Part shown: positions 36,710-51,300 of the stretch, one piece after another | Numbering within the stretch: the first letter of the stretch is position 1 | Layout: each line of letters starts with the position of its first letter | DNA from: a virus | Length of the DNA stretch: 64,000 nucleotides | Direction: 5' to 3' (one strand) | IMG/VR virus record: IMGVR_UViG_3300025617_001208 | Span: 12,885-76,884 of that record | The notes under the pieces: model-generated | Seen by the model: only the letters and a program-made list of their open reading frames with translations | Databases searched by the model: none | What the model was told of the DNA's origin: nothing | Translations under genes and position numbers: made by a program

Positions 36710-38709
36710 TACGAAAGTACTCCATGATAAATTATATAATTCAATGCAACATAAGGCGGAGTAATATCAACACCTGAAGCTAGTGGCGAATTGTCAACAC
36801 CGCCGGTTTTTGTTATCCCACTAGCTGCTACTGACGAAACTTGCTGTGTATATGCATCAACATCTGCTTCACTACTATTATCAACTTTACTTACAGCATA
36901 ATAAGTGTCGCCTGACTCGCTTGTTAAATTGTGAGTGTGGTCTGGCAAATTATTAATATCAAGAACAGCACTTTCGCTACCGCCAAGTCCGCCCATTTGT
37001 CCTAATGCAGGATCGCTTATAAGTCTATTTGGTCCTGTTAATCCGCTGGAAATACCAGTTGCTAATCTTCCTCTTAAATCAGGAATGTTAAAGAACAGTG
37101 AAGGGTTACTTGATGTTCCCCAATACCATGTATTATTATCATTTGGGTTATAGCCGAGTGCGTTTGCTAAATCGATATAGTCTAATAAACTTGTTTCACT
37201 ACCGTCACAAATAAACCAACCAGTAGGAGCAATTAAGCCTGCATAAGGAACAAGTGTGCCAAGAGGAATAATAGGAATTGTAGAAACAAGATTAGCCTGT
37301 GTAATTTTTCTTAATCCGGATCCTGGTCTATTAATTATAATTTCGTCAGCTGTGTCCGGTGTTGTAACCGCAGTTTTATCTGCAATAAAAGTTTGATTGA
37401 TTTGTGTAGTAAATTGTTTAGTTAAGCCGCCTGTTTGGCCGTCAAATGCTATACTGTTAGTAGAACTAACTTCTCCGGTCATGCTAAATGTTGTAGCACT
37501 AGTAAGTTTATTTGTACTTCCCGAACTTCCAGTAACATTGCCGGTTACATCGCCTACAAAACTTCCTGTAAACTTTTTAGCAAAAATATTGTTAAATCTA
37601 TCAGCATTTGTACCAATGTTACTTACATTAGGCTCATCTGCAAAAATATTATCAGTAGTTAAAGATCCACTAATAGTTGCACTACCAATTAAACTAATAT
37701 TATCATTAAATGTAGTAGTTCCGCTTACTGTTAAATTGCCTTGAGTTGTTATATTTCCTGTATTAATAATATTACCAGTAATATCTAATGCTTCAACTGG
37801 ATCTGCTGTGAGTATTCCTACATTTCCATTATTTTTTATTCTGATTGGAGTTATTGTAGATCCGTTGTTGTTTGTTCTTAAATCAAAAAATCCTGTACTT
37901 TGGTTTTGACTAATAATTGCATTTGTACCTTCAACTTCAAGTGCAAGTGTACGTGTATTGCCGACTTCTATGCCTTCATTAGTTCTAACTGTAAATGGAA
38001 ATGTTGTTACAGTAGCTTCATCGTTTCTTACAAATCTGTTTCCGTCAACTGGATTGCCATTAACTAGTAATTGCTCGGCTTTGTCGGCAATGCCTTTAAA
38101 TCGTGCAACTGTATTATCAACATTTGAACTAACATTTACACCTGGTGATAATTGTCCAAATCCAGGAATTAATATCTTTGGAGTAAAGGTATTACCTACA
38201 ATTATGCTTACAGCAACATTATCGATATAATTAATAATTGCTTGTCTATCAACATTATCAGTGTCAGTAATAGTTATTGCCTTTGCACCTGTATTAGTAC
38301 CACTTGCAACTTCAGGCCCAACTAAAATCCAGCCAGAACCGCTATACAAATATAATTGCTGTGTGCCTGTGTTTACCCAAAGGTCGCCTAAAACACTGTT
38401 AGATATATCCGGTTCATCTGTACCCTTTTTTAATCCTCCAGCACTAACCCAATTAGTTCCATCATAAACTTTTAAAGTATCATTTTGAGAAGTATTGTCG
38501 TACCAAAGTTGTCCTTCAACAGGGTTGCTAGGCGGATTGTTATCTGCAAAGTTTTCTAATAAATGCAAAAAATTAGTTAAAACAGATTCACCAAAGTTTG
38601 TAGCACCGCGTCCTGGTAATCGCAAACTTGTATCAGTATTAATATCGTTATCTACAACTTCTATACTACCTTTGTTTACACTGTCAGTAAAGTTAATTTG
38701 GTATGCCAT
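36709..38709 (-). CDS. tail fibre protein with phage tail collar domain
   Basis: Same N-terminal module; C-terminal PLGTLVPYAG..APTGWFICDGS...FNIPDLRGR...PPYVALNYII collar signature. Confidence 0.82.
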   Translation of the reverse strand: MAYQINFTDSVNKGSIEVVDNDINTDTSLRLPGRGATNFGESVLTNFLHLLENFADNNPPSNPVEGQLWYDNTSQNDTLKVYDGTNWVSAGGLKKGTDEPDISNSVLGDLWVNTGTQQLYLYSGSGWILVGPEVASGTNTGAKAITITDTDNVDRQAIINYIDNVAVSIIVGNTFTPKILIPGFGQLSPGVNVSSNVDNTVARFKGIADKAEQLLVNGNPVDGNRFVRNDEATVTTFPFTVRTNEGIEVGNTRTLALEVEGTNAIISQNQSTGFFDLRTNNNGSTITPIRIKNNGNVGILTADPVEALDITGNIINTGNITTQGNLTVSGTTTFNDNISLIGSATISGSLTTDNIFADEPNVSNIGTNADRFNNIFAKKFTGSFVGDVTGNVTGSSGSTNKLTSATTFSMTGEVSSTNSIAFDGQTGGLTKQFTTQINQTFIADKTAVTTPDTADEIIINRPGSGLRKITQANLVSTIPIIPLGTLVPYAGLIAPTGWFICDGSETSLLDYIDLANALGYNPNDNNTWYWGTSSNPSLFFNIPDLRGRLATGISSGLTGPNRLISDPALGQMGGLGGSESAVLDINNLPDHTHNLTSESGDTYYAVSKVDNSSEADVDAYTQQVSSVAASGITKTGGVDNSPLASGVDITPPYVALNYIIYHGVLS

Positions 38710-39314
38710 TAGCTATTACCTCCACTTAAACTTTGGATTCGTACAGTATAATCAATCTGGATAAGTCTGTTTAATGACTTTTGTACTGGGTGGAAGATAA
38801 CGTGGGTAAGCAATTTTCCAGTACCGTCTGCACTATAGCTTCTCAAGCCTAATTCGTCAAATACAAATTGATTTTCGCTATCGCCACTGGTGTCAAATGC
38901 ATCCTGACCATTTGGCTCGCTATAATCTAATAAGCAGTTTACAAACAAATCAGTATAATTTTGTCCGCTAACATGTCTAATTTCCATTTTGTTTCTAGTT
39001 GGGTCTGTGTTGTTAACACTGTTTTCATCAACTACTTTACTGTATGTTTGATTGTAAAGGCTTGCAGTAGTTCCTGTACTGTTTGGTGTTAAATAAGTTA
39101 TAACACCAGTAGGATCTACACTAGTTCCGCCATTACCAAAGCTCATTTCATAAACAAAGCCGTTGCCCTGATTACCTAAACTTTCTGCCAGTGCAATACT
39201 CATATTTTCATAATGTATTGCATTTCTTTTATTAATTAAAACTTCGCCAGTCTTAGGATCATGTATTTTAATATGACCTTGAATGTTAAGTTTATTTGAA
39301 TCATTATATTGCAT
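38709..39314 (-). CDS. conserved virion/baseplate-associated protein
   Basis: 201 aa between the giant baseplate gene and the fibres; FGNGG, FDELGL, THVIFHPVQKS motifs. Confidence 0.6.
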   Translation of the reverse strand: MQYNDSNKLNIQGHIKIHDPKTGEVLINKRNAIHYENMSIALAESLGNQGNGFVYEMSFGNGGTSVDPTGVITYLTPNSTGTTASLYNQTYSKVVDENSVNNTDPTRNKMEIRHVSGQNYTDLFVNCLLDYSEPNGQDAFDTSGDSENQFVFDELGLRSYSADGTGKLLTHVIFHPVQKSLNRLIQIDYTVRIQSLSGGNS

Positions 39315-39340
39315 TTGTTTGCTTACCTTTACTTATACTG

Positions 39341-39346
39341 TATTTA
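39341..39346 (-). promoter_or_regulatory. T4-type late promoter core TAAATA
   Basis: Overlaps the stop codon of the giant gene, 26 nt upstream of ATG 39314. Confidence 0.5.
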
Positions 39347-42300
39347 TTTGCTTAACTTAATTGTTCCGGCTCTTATAAACCTTGCAATTTTTGAATCGCT
39401 TGTTGATAGATCATCTGTCCAAATTTTACCCTGTTTACGCTGTATTACAATTCTTACACCTGTTGGAACATCGTCTCTAAGTATAATAGTATCGTTGTCT
39501 GCGTCAATAGTAAACTCTGGCTGTACTACATTATCACCTTCGGGACTATCTTGGTCAATTAGTGGATCAAAAACTGTAAACTCTTGTGTAGCAGGCTTTC
39601 TAAGTTTCTTACCTCCTACTATAACCTCAACTTCGTTATAATTTAAAATATCAAAATCTAAATTGTATATATTTGTGCTTCCATCGGATACAAATATTTG
39701 TTGTAGATCTTTATCTTTATAAGGAATAGTTTCAGTTTCGCCCTGCTCTTGCATTTTAGTTCCTGCTGCATACTGGGTTTTAACACCTGTTCCTAATGTA
39801 CCTCTGCGTATTTGTCTTAATAAATTTCCTTCTATAGCATAGTACTCAATACGTTCTCCTTCAATAAACAATACTCCAGGCTTGCCGTTTGTTCTATTTG
39901 GAATTGGAATACCTGTTGTATCTTCTAAAGTTATATATTGGTCAAAATAGTTCAAAGGTTGACCTAATTTAAATACACTTGCTTCGTTTAAACGTTTGTA
40001 ATGAACACGATTTAACATGTCTTTAAAAATTCTAAATCCGTATTTTTCACTTGTAACATTTGCAGCAAATTGTATTATTTCTACTACTTCATTATCTGCA
40101 GGTTTATTAAACAAATTAACAACAGTGTTATTGCTCATTAAATTATAATCAACACTAGGTCTTAACAATTTATTATCTTGTATTACCCATACATAATTAA
40201 CACCAGCGGCTGGCTGATTAAGTTTTATTCGACCATTTGTTAGCTGAATAGCTGTATTGTACTCGTCACTACTTGAAGAAATAACCGGAGTATATAATAC
40301 TTCAAAACTCAATCTATCAAAATTGTTAACATCATGTTCGCTAAATGTAATTATTTCAACTCGTTCGCCTTCTTCAGGAACTTTTTTAAATGTTAAATTT
40401 TCACTTTCAACAAATGTTACATTGTCTATTCTAACAGCTAGTGGATAACTTGCAGACTTGACGCCGGTTAATTCTAACGGAATATCATTTTCTGCTGATT
40501 TAACTTTTAATTCTTTAAAATAACCATTGAGTGTTAAACGAACACCGTTATCAGTTTCTTCAGATGACTTTACAGTTGCAAAAATTTGAGTACTATCTTC
40601 CATCACAAAAGATATTAAATCGCCTTCGTCGTGCAATACTCCAAGTTTAGTACTATCATCCATGTCAACTAAATCAACAACAGTGTCTATAAAATAATAT
40701 TCGCCGTTACCTAAAATATAAATTTCTAAAATATCACCTACGTTACCTATAGTAGGATTTAAAAATTCAATTCTACTGTTAATAGCATCCCATCTATAAT
40801 CCTTTGTATCAGTAATTACTCTATTATTTAAAATTACAACAACATCATCGTTTGATATTTTTGAAGGTTTCTCAAACTGCCATTGTTGTATGCCGTATAC
40901 TCGATCATTGGTTACAATGTGTCTAATATTGTAGCCTGCATTTAAAAATTTATCACCTTGTTTAACAAGCATTTTATGAGTAAACGGTTTTGCTGTATAA
41001 GTCATGTTGTTTTTGTCAAACTTGTAAACATAATTTACACCGTCTCCAACAAAACTCTTATCTACCATAATTTCACTAAACGATTTTGTATCATTATTAT
41101 AAAGACTAAATCCAATAAGTTCGCCGGCTGATGGAGCTCTACTAAATCTTAAAGCGGCGCAATTTTCTTGTTTGTAACTACTATCAGTTTCAAAAATTTC
41201 ATAATTTAATCCTACTTGCTGAACAACTCCGTTTATTGTTACAAAACTACTAATCGGATTGGTAAACTTAATACCAGTAACAAATATTTTAGTATTTCCA
41301 TCGCCAATAAATGTGTCGCTTTCTAATATATCATTGCCGTTATTGCCAACAACAATAATATGCAAGTCTTGATCATCTTGTATTGTGCTATCATCTTCGA
41401 ATACTAGCAGATTATTTTCATAATCTACAGTATACGAATCAATATCAACTTTATTTCCATTTAAGTTAACAATTATAGCTTGCTGACTTTGAGGTAACAT
41501 GTCTATTGAATACGACAATGTGTTGCCTTTGGTTTTATAGATATAACTGGTTTTTATACCTTGACCGTCAGCTGGCTTGTGTTTGACTTGTATATCTAAG
41601 GTATCTACAATTTGACCCGGTACTACTTCTTCTGGACCTGCACTTGTAATAGGTGTAACAAATCCGTCGCCATCAACTGTAATTTCTCCACTATTTAATC
41701 CTTTGGCTGTATTATTAAATCCGCCTCCAGTAAGTTCTGTATCAAGCACATTATCAGCTGGTTCAAAACTGCCATCGCTGGTTTCTTTTCGTACAATAAA
41801 GATATCGCCAGCAGCAGTCGGCACCTCGTTGCTAATTAATATTTCGTCAGTAACACCGTCTCCGTATACAGTATTTAATAATGCATTTTTATTAGTAATT
41901 GCACTACTGCCATCAAAATTAGGATCGTCTATACGCACATTATTTTTATAAATGTTGTATGCAACACCGTCTTCTAACGGCTTACTTAACGTTAGTACTA
42001 ATGTACTTCCATCTAATGTAAAAATTTCATCTTCAGTTTGACTAAAGATATCCCACGGTATAGTACCAAACCCGCCAATATCAAAGCCTTGCTCGGTTGC
42101 AAAGTCGACACTTTCTAAATTTACACCATCATAGTTAATACCAGTCATAAGCTGACCTAAATTTGTAGTGCCATCTTCGTTTTTTGTAATACCTGGCATG
42201 CCATTAGTTGGGTTATAATACGCATTAATTCTGTCGGCTGCTGACAACATTGCAGAATCTTTGTAATATGTTATTTCAATTACTGCGTTATTTGCAGGAG

Positions 42301-45300
42301 CAGTTTCAAATACAATTTGACCTAGTGTTCTTTCATACGTTTTAGATGTATTTTTTATATTACTAGTTTCAAAATCTGTATATAAAACATCGTTGCCATT
42401 TACTGTAATGCTAATTCTGCTTTTACGTAAATCTAATGGCCATTTGGTATTAAATGTTTTTTGTGCACCTGTGCCTGTAAATGTTTCAACTGTTTTTAAA
42501 TCTGTAAACACAAAATTACCCGACACACGATCAAACTTCATAATCATGTGTGTGCTTCTTACCGGACTATCTCCTAGTACTGCTATAATTCTTGGAATTT
42601 CATAATCGTCATCATAGCTACCATTAATTTCAATACTTGGTTGACTTGTATACAATGCATCGCTATAATCAATATCAATAGAAGTTAATTTATCACCTGT
42701 TCTATAGCCTTTGCCTATTATAGTCGGTCCATTGCCTCCAGATATTGTAATAACCGGTTGAGAATTTAAACCATGTCCTTGATTATAAATTACCAATTCT
42801 TGTATTTTAAACTTGTAATTGTCTAACCAATTTTTTTGAGGATAAGTTTCAATAAACTCTCTATCACCTACAACACGTTCGTTGTAAAATTTAACAGTTT
42901 CGGTTACAATTTTATTTTGTATATTGTCGTATCTCGGGGGCAAATCAAAATCACTAATCATAGTTTGAGAATTTTCAAGGCTTTCGTACGCACTAATGTA
43001 TTCTCTAATTTTACTACTATAAGGTTTTACTTCACTAATAAAATCTTTATAACTATCAAGATTGTCTGATTTAAAATTAATGCGCTGATCTAAAACTCCT
43101 AAGTTGTGTTTTGCTGTTAAGAAACTTGTTTTAAAAATCCAATCAACTGTTTGCTGTTCGTAAAGTGCATATCTAATACCTGTAAACAATATATCGTTGA
43201 ATTTAATTTCTAAATCTTCAACAAATATTTTATTTTTTATAGTTTCAAGTATAATTCGTCTTTCGTTAACTGGTTCTGTATCGTAAACTAAATTATCAAA
43301 TCCAATTTTATCAAATCCAAAATTAGTGTTTTGATATAATTTACTATTAAACTTAATTGTGCCGTTTTGTCTACCAATTGTTTTGTAGTTTACAGTATAA
43401 TCGACTTCGGGCTGTACATCAATTTTTTGTAATAGTAGCCAGCCTCCTGCTCCAACATCTTTAATTTTAACAACATCGCCAATACGATCATTCAAACTGT
43501 TCAATTGATAGCTGCCGTCAATTAAATAATCAATTGCAGTATTTTCATCGTAGTCGGTGTCATACCAATCAATATATGACCAGAAATTTTCAACATTCCA
43601 TTTTTGATACTTTACTCTTTCAAAATTGCCAGCATAATCGTATTCGTAAATTGCCCATTTACCATTAAGTTCGGCATCAGCTTCAACTAGCAAACTAAAC
43701 GGACGTACTTGTAAGTCAATCAGACTATAATTTTTACCAGAATCAACAATAGTAACCGAGTTGACTCTGCCGAAATTATCAATAGTAGTTGTAACTTCTG
43801 CATCTGTTCCTGTACCAGTAATAGTAACAATTGGAGCAGATTTGTATCCATATCCTTGATTTTGAATTTCAACGGAAATTAATTTTCCGTTGTCAATAGT
43901 AGGATTTAGAACTGCACGTTTAGCGTTAGCAACGCCAACAGTTTGTATATCGTTAATTGTGTCAACACTAATATCAAATTTACCTTCAAGTATTCTTGGC
44001 TGTTGATCTTGCTTTGACAAATCTGTAATATCTTTAAAATCTGTTATTATTTGTTGTTTTAAAATTAAATTAGTTCTCTCAATTGTTTGCTTAAGAGCTT
44101 CTAATCCGTTTCTAAATAAGCCTTGTCTAGGACGAGTTTCAATTCCATACTTCTTAGTTTCACCTAATTCTGTATCAGGTACAGGTCTTAAATTTTCATC
44201 GTAGCCAACTAAACTATCAATCCATTTTTCAATAAACGATGCAGGTGGGTTACTTCCTGCTAGTCCTTCGCTTAGTAACTTGTATTCAGTATGTATATTT
44301 CTGTCGTTTATTTCGCCTTTGTATACATCAATATGCAATGCAATATCTTTGTCTTTTATAAAAGATCCGACATTGTGTAATGCAAACTTGTTTGTACTCA
44401 ATGCACTCATAAACACGTATCCTGCGCTTTGCGGATCTTTTATTAATTGTTCTGCATCATTTGAACTTATTTTTTTATTTTCATTAGATAACAATTTTTT
44501 ATTACGTACCCAGAAATAATATTTGGTTTCAAATGTTTCTGTTATTGCATTATATTTACGACCGACACTATATTTAAAGTCGCCGTATTTGCTGAGACCG
44601 CTAATACCTTCAATAATACCGTCGTTTGTATCAGCTAATTCGTCCCACTCACTCGGTAAGTAATCACTTTCAACCCATTCAAAAACTTCTGTTTTACTAC
44701 TAGGAACAAGTTTATTCCAAAAACTTGTTTGATTTTCTGCATTTCCTTGATAAGGATTATACCACTTTGTAGATTCTGTATTCCACCAGTACTGTCCTAC
44801 ATATTCAGCTGCCCAGTAATCGCCTTTGTTATTAGTAGTTACATCAACTGAATAACTTGCAGGATCAAACGCTAATTTTAAATCAATAACTTCATCTGCC
44901 GGGCCTGCAATTTTACCTTGAATAGGATCAATTACATCTAAGAACGTTAGTATATCATTTGTTTTCTTATCAAATAAGAATGCACGTTTGATTTTATTAA
45001 TATTAGGTGTGTCTATTTGTTCTGATAGTTTTTTCCAACTGTATGTACCCTTTTCACGTTTTAAATTAATTACAACACCAAAGTCTGCTGTATATTCTAA
45101 TCTTGGATAACTGATATATATGTGATTAAAGTTTGTAAGAATAATAGGTTTTGAACTTAAAGATGTATCGTAATTCCAATCAAGTTCTTCAGCATACAAG
45201 TAGTTGTTATTAAAGTTTTGGAATATATAGATAGTTCCGCTATCTTCAAACTTGTTAAAAAACTTTGTTGTATTATTATCAAACGATGTATCATTAACAC

Positions 45301-48300
45301 GTATTAGCGTCTGATCAAACAATGTCGGGACTGCTCTATCACCATTTGCACTAGCAACAATTAAATTGTCTTCGCTAAAGTTTAAATCAATACCAAACAG
45401 TTCACCTTCGGCACCGGTTGGAGGATACAACGTTTGATTTAACGCATACTCGTTACCTGTATATCTGTAAACATAAACTGATCCAAACGATGTACCTTTA
45501 TCGTTGTTTCTAATAGCACTTACAGCAATAGCATTTCCGTTGGCACTGATAGCAATATTACTGCCAAATTCTTCGCTTAAATCAGTAGTTTCAATTGTTT
45601 CGTAATATGTATATCTATTATTCTCACGTCTGTATACACTTACTTTATTTGTATTGAGAGTATCTTCACCATTTAAAATTAGTACTTCTCCGTTTGTACT
45701 AAGATCAAAATCAGTAGCAATGTTATATCCGCCAGCAACTCCTAAATTATCGCTTTCTTCATTTAATAATTCATTTTGAGGAGGAACATAACCTTTATAA
45801 TCAACAAACTGATCTAGTAGCTCCCAATTGTTTAAATTAAATGCTTGTGCTGACATGTCTTTTTTTGCACGATATAAATTGCTATCACCTGTATCACCGG
45901 CTGTATTATTGTAGTATACTATTTCACCCTGAATATAACTCTCTGCTGCCGAGAATGTTCCTCGAAAATTGTCATCTCTGCTAAACTTCCAAGTACCATC
46001 GTCTGTATCGTTATCAAAGAAATAAATTCTACCGCTTGCAGCATCACTAGCAACATACAATCTTAAAATGCCATCGATGTCTTTTCTGCATTTTACAATT
46101 CTGCCAAATCTTTCACTTGTTGTTGGAATTGGACTTAATATTGTTGTTTCTAATTCGTATGTTGTACCAACTTCTGCTTTTTTATAAACGCAAACTGCGC
46201 CTCTAATAGAAGCAGTTGGCGAACCGTCTTCATCTACTGATATTATATTAGCACGTTCCCAGTCTTGGCTTTGTTTGTTAACTGTGCTAGTATCCGACCC
46301 GTCTATGTCAACCTTAGCTCTCCAAAGAGTGCCTCTGTCATTAACAATTTCTCCTGCGCTATAACTAGTGCCTAGTACAATATTGCCTTTATATCTTGTT
46401 AATAGATTAGCTGCGTTAGGAGCGCCAACAAACAAATATTCTCCGTTTGGAGACATACTTACACTATATCCAAATTCGCTATTATTACCAATAATAGAAG
46501 TTTCGGCTCCGTAATTTTCTGTAGATGAAAAATCACCGTTTTCACCTATACGGTTGTAAACAATAACTCTGCCATTAGAATTTGGATCTCCAATTGCAAG
46601 TCTAGTGTTTGTTTGATCTACTGCTATTGCATCGCCAAAATTTGTTTTTAATCCTGTTTGCGGATTAACTATAATATCTTCAACATCGTATACAGGAGTA
46701 TTTTCAAGAACCGACCATTTGTCATTTCCTAAATTATCTATCCAAGCTCTGTTACCAACAGAAACATCATTGACGTTTAAAACATTATTATATGCGTCAA
46801 TGTTTTCAAATCTTCGCGGCGCAACTTTTATAACTATTCCTCTGCTACTATCTGATAAATCAATGCCTTCTTCTGAAATGTTATCTTCAGTATAAAATTC
46901 AACTTCTTTATATCCAGTATAGATTACCTGTCTAAACCCGTCTAATTCGTTTGCGACATTGGTTAACCCAATAATGTCACCGCTTTGTAAATCGTGATTA
47001 ATGTCAAAAATTGCTTTAAAACCTGTAATTGTTTTTTCTATTTTTTCAACTTGGTATTCTTTTTTAGCAAACTCATATACATTCCAATCTAGTCCGTCGT
47101 CTGTAACCCAAACAAACTGTCCTTGTTTAACTAAGTTAATATCAAACCCTAACAACTGACTTACATTAGGAGTTATAAAATCAATTTGCGCAGGCGCTAC
47201 ATAGCCCGCGGTTTTTGTTATTTCTTCATAGTTTTCAAATTCAAAAATTTGTTGGTTGTAATTTGCTGGTTTAACTTGTAAATCAGTAGATGGAACTTGA
47301 TATATAAAATCAGTTCTAGTATTATCAACTGATTTAACTAATTCAAAAGGCTGAGGTGTTAGTTTATATTTTGATTCGTCAATGGTAATTTCATATTCGT
47401 CAAAACTATCAGTTGCACCATATTGACCTGCTCTGATTGCCCATTCCTCGAAAAATTCAATACTGTCTTTGTCTGCACTACTAAGTTTATCAAATAATTT
47501 AGTTAGCACATTTTTAGTACCTTTGTCTTGTATCATTCCTTGATAAAATTTATACTGACTAATATCGTCGTTAATGATATTTTTTAAATATTCTCTTTTT
47601 TGATATCCAATTAAGTGCTGTGCAAGTCTTTGCTGCTCAGTATCAAAATTATCAGTATCTAAGTCATAAAAATCTGCAAATTGAGCAGCTCTATAATCAA
47701 AGTTAGGAATTAATTGATTAACCGGCTTTTCTACTAATGTTGACCAATTTATGTTGTTAAAAAATTCACCACTTGTATGACTAACTATCGAAGTATAATA
47801 TTTGTCTTTATATTGTACTACATCGCCAATTATATAATCTTTATAACTTTTCCATTTTGTAACTTTAGGTTCGTCGAACACAAATCCTGGTATGTTTAAA
47901 GTACCGCTCCAGTTAGCAGTTCTATAGCCAGTTACTTTAATTCGTTCTTGTCTGTATCCACTGGTTTCATTGTAAATTGTATCTGCAAAAACAGTATCAT
48001 TATCAATCACAATGCAATGTTCTTTTTGCACTAAGAATAAACGAATAAAATAAACACCAACATTATCGTCGTTACTTGCAAGACTAAAACTGTTATCTGT
48101 ATCTCTTACTAAATTAACAAATTCATTTGATAATAATTTACCGTCTTGATCTAAAACTTCGTAATCAAAAATACTGTCATACAAACTATCTGGCAAATAG
48201 AAATCTCTTTTAAACTGTATTTTGTTTGCACTAGGAGACAAACTTATTATACTGTTTTCTCCCCAGTTTTGTGTTGTCCAGAATAAAAATTCTTTAGCAC

Positions 48301-51300
48301 TTAATCTAAAGTTTTCAACTATTCCGTACTTTGCATTATTATAATCAAATATAAATCCAACAGATTTTAAATATCGGTCATATCCTAACAGAAAATCAAT
48401 TACTTGCTGATATGAAGTAAACACAGTTCCGTACTGAAGGTAAGATAATTGCGATGAAAACCGTTTACTAAATCTTGCTGTACGACCGCCGACTGTAGGA
48501 AGAGTTCCTAATTTTGAAAATTTAGTAGTATCAAAGATATTATTGCTTGTATGAGTTTCTGTCACTCTATAATAGTTATTATCATATCTTACAATGCCGC
48601 CTGCAACGTAAAGTTTTTCTTCGTTCCAAGTACTAAAAGTTTCGCTTATACCGCCAACTGTAACAAACGGATCGCTATTAGTTTCTGTTGCACTATAATA
48701 AGGAAACGTTGGATTATATCTATCATATCCATTTATTTTATACCCAGTTGGAACTTTTTCAATTACAACACCGCTATATGTAACTACTTCATAAGGACTA
48801 CTAGTTTTTAAGAAAAGATTATAATTTTCTTGCGGAGTAAATATATCGCCCGAACTATTTGGTGTTTTACTGTCCAATACAAGATTTATTTTATCTTTAT
48901 CACTAAATCCTGCTAATCTAAAACTTAGATTAAAGTTAATTGATTTTACATATTCTACATATGTTTCGTATGACATATTATTATAATCTATATAACCTTT
49001 AATATAGTTTAAAAGTCCTGCACTTTTATTATTAAAATCAATGTTAGTTGTTGATATTGATGTTTTATGATCATATATAATATTTCCAGCTAAGTTTTTA
49101 GAAATTTTACTATAGTCGTAAGTTAACCCAAATATCTGTGCAGGACGTAACAATAACATTGCATTTAGTAAACTAAATGGATATTCTGAACTTCGGCGCC
49201 ATGCAGTTTCAGCAGGACCTTGATCTCCGAACTCAAAACTATATCCAATCTGATTTGCAAAACTAAAATCTTTTGAAAATCCTGTTTGGAAAGGACTTCT
49301 TATTCTTCCATATTCGTCAACTGGTATTTGTTTTAATAAATTTGGTCTAGCAAATCTAACATCTTTTACAACAGACGTATTAGGTTCTCTAATAATTCCA
49401 GCTTCTAAATCTTTCCATAACGGCAAGTTATTACTTGTGTAAGGTGCTGGGCCGTATACTTCTTCCCACCATGTTGGCTGTATGCTGAATCCCAACATTT
49501 CCCAAGGAGTTAAATTTGGTGTATCTGTATCGTAAGCATTTTTATAAACAGCTCTCCAAAATCCTTCTAATTTTGTTCCATTAATATCGCTAGACGATTT
49601 ATAATTGTAAGTAAACGAATCATTTATATCACTGTATTTGTTGACATTGAAATCATAAACTTGAGCTACATTAGTCCAATTTATAAAATCTGCAATCATT
49701 ATGTTATTAACATCTTTTTGATTTAACCCTGTGTCTCTATAACGCCCGGGTATAAAATTAAATAAGTCAAAATTATCAGGATTATAACGTGTTTTAACAT
49801 TATTAAAAATACGTTTTTCTAGCTCTAGTAACAAGTCATCACGGAAATCGTTAAACGCAATTGTTCTGCTTCCGTCATGTCCTATAACTACTTTAGTTGG
49901 AGTGCTGTATGTATTATCAATATAAATTTTTGGTTCGTATAACGGATACAAACCTAGCTTACTAGGAGTTGGCGGAACAAAACACCCGTCAGTTGTTTCG
50001 TACTCGTGTATTTCAATTTTGTCGTCAATTTCAACAGAATAAATATATACAAATCCTTCTTCGGTGAATGTATATTCGTTTTCGTAAATTAACTGTGTAC
50101 CGTTTTTGTATATTAAAACAGATTTACTTGTTAGTTTATTTAAATTAAATGCACTAGTTAATGGATAATAAGGATTTCCAGAATCTAAAACAGTATACTC
50201 AATTATATTTTTGCCGCCAAATGGCACCGTATCACTATTATAAAATGCATCGTTTCTTGTTTTATTTAAAGCAAATTGTTCTAACAAATAATCTACATGC
50301 TTTACATCTGTGTTATTGTATCCGTCATATGTAGCAATTCTTAAGAACTCTCTTTTAAATTTGCTGTATTCTTTTAAAGCAAATTTTAAAGAATTAACAA
50401 CATTATAATCTTTTGATGTTAAATGATACAGTGCTAACCCTATAGGCCCTGAATGCTGTACAAACCTATCTCCATAAATTTCAATATTTCCTAAGTCTCG
50501 TAAATTACCAACTCCTGGATGTATTCCATTAAAGTTGTCATTGTTTTCGACTATAGTCTGTACATGATCGTTAACTTCACCGATTGTAAATTCAGTTACA
50601 TCTAAGTTGTTAGGATTTCTTTCTAAATTATATGCAGTTTCATAATATCCGTTTTCATTTTTACTAGACGTTGAATAACATTTAATAATTAATCTATCGT
50701 TTTCAGAAATATCATTGTTTAAAACAATTAAAACTTGTTGTTTAGAATTTGTTGTTAAAGTATAATCAATGTTTTCTTTTAAGAAACTTCTGTTAGTAAA
50801 TAACTTAATTTTTAAATCACTTATTGTTGCACTCTTATCAAAACAGTTTACAACAAAATTATTAGTTTGTTGCGATCCTTGAAAGTCAAGTATTACTGCT
50901 TGATTGCTTTTTTCAAAATGTTTCTTCCATGCATTTTCAAAAGAAATTTCTCCAGTATAACTATCTGTAATTTTTACAAATCCTTGATTACTAGGAATAT
51001 CTATAGTTTCGTCGTTAATAATATATGTATTGCTTTGTTTTAGTAAATCAAATTCAAAAACAATGTCGCCTACATTATTAATATTCTTATAAGAAATTGG
51101 AAATCCTAATTCTGTATCGTTTGTGCCTGTGCCTTGCTTATATGCAAATATTTTATTTCCAAAGAAATTACTGCTTTCATAGTAAATATCGCCATAAGAA
51201 ATATTGTTTTTATCAAAAAGATCAAATAATGGCGCTTGGTTTATTGCAGTTTTATCTTGTGATTTTTTCCAACTTGTTCCATCAAAGAAATATTGCTTGC

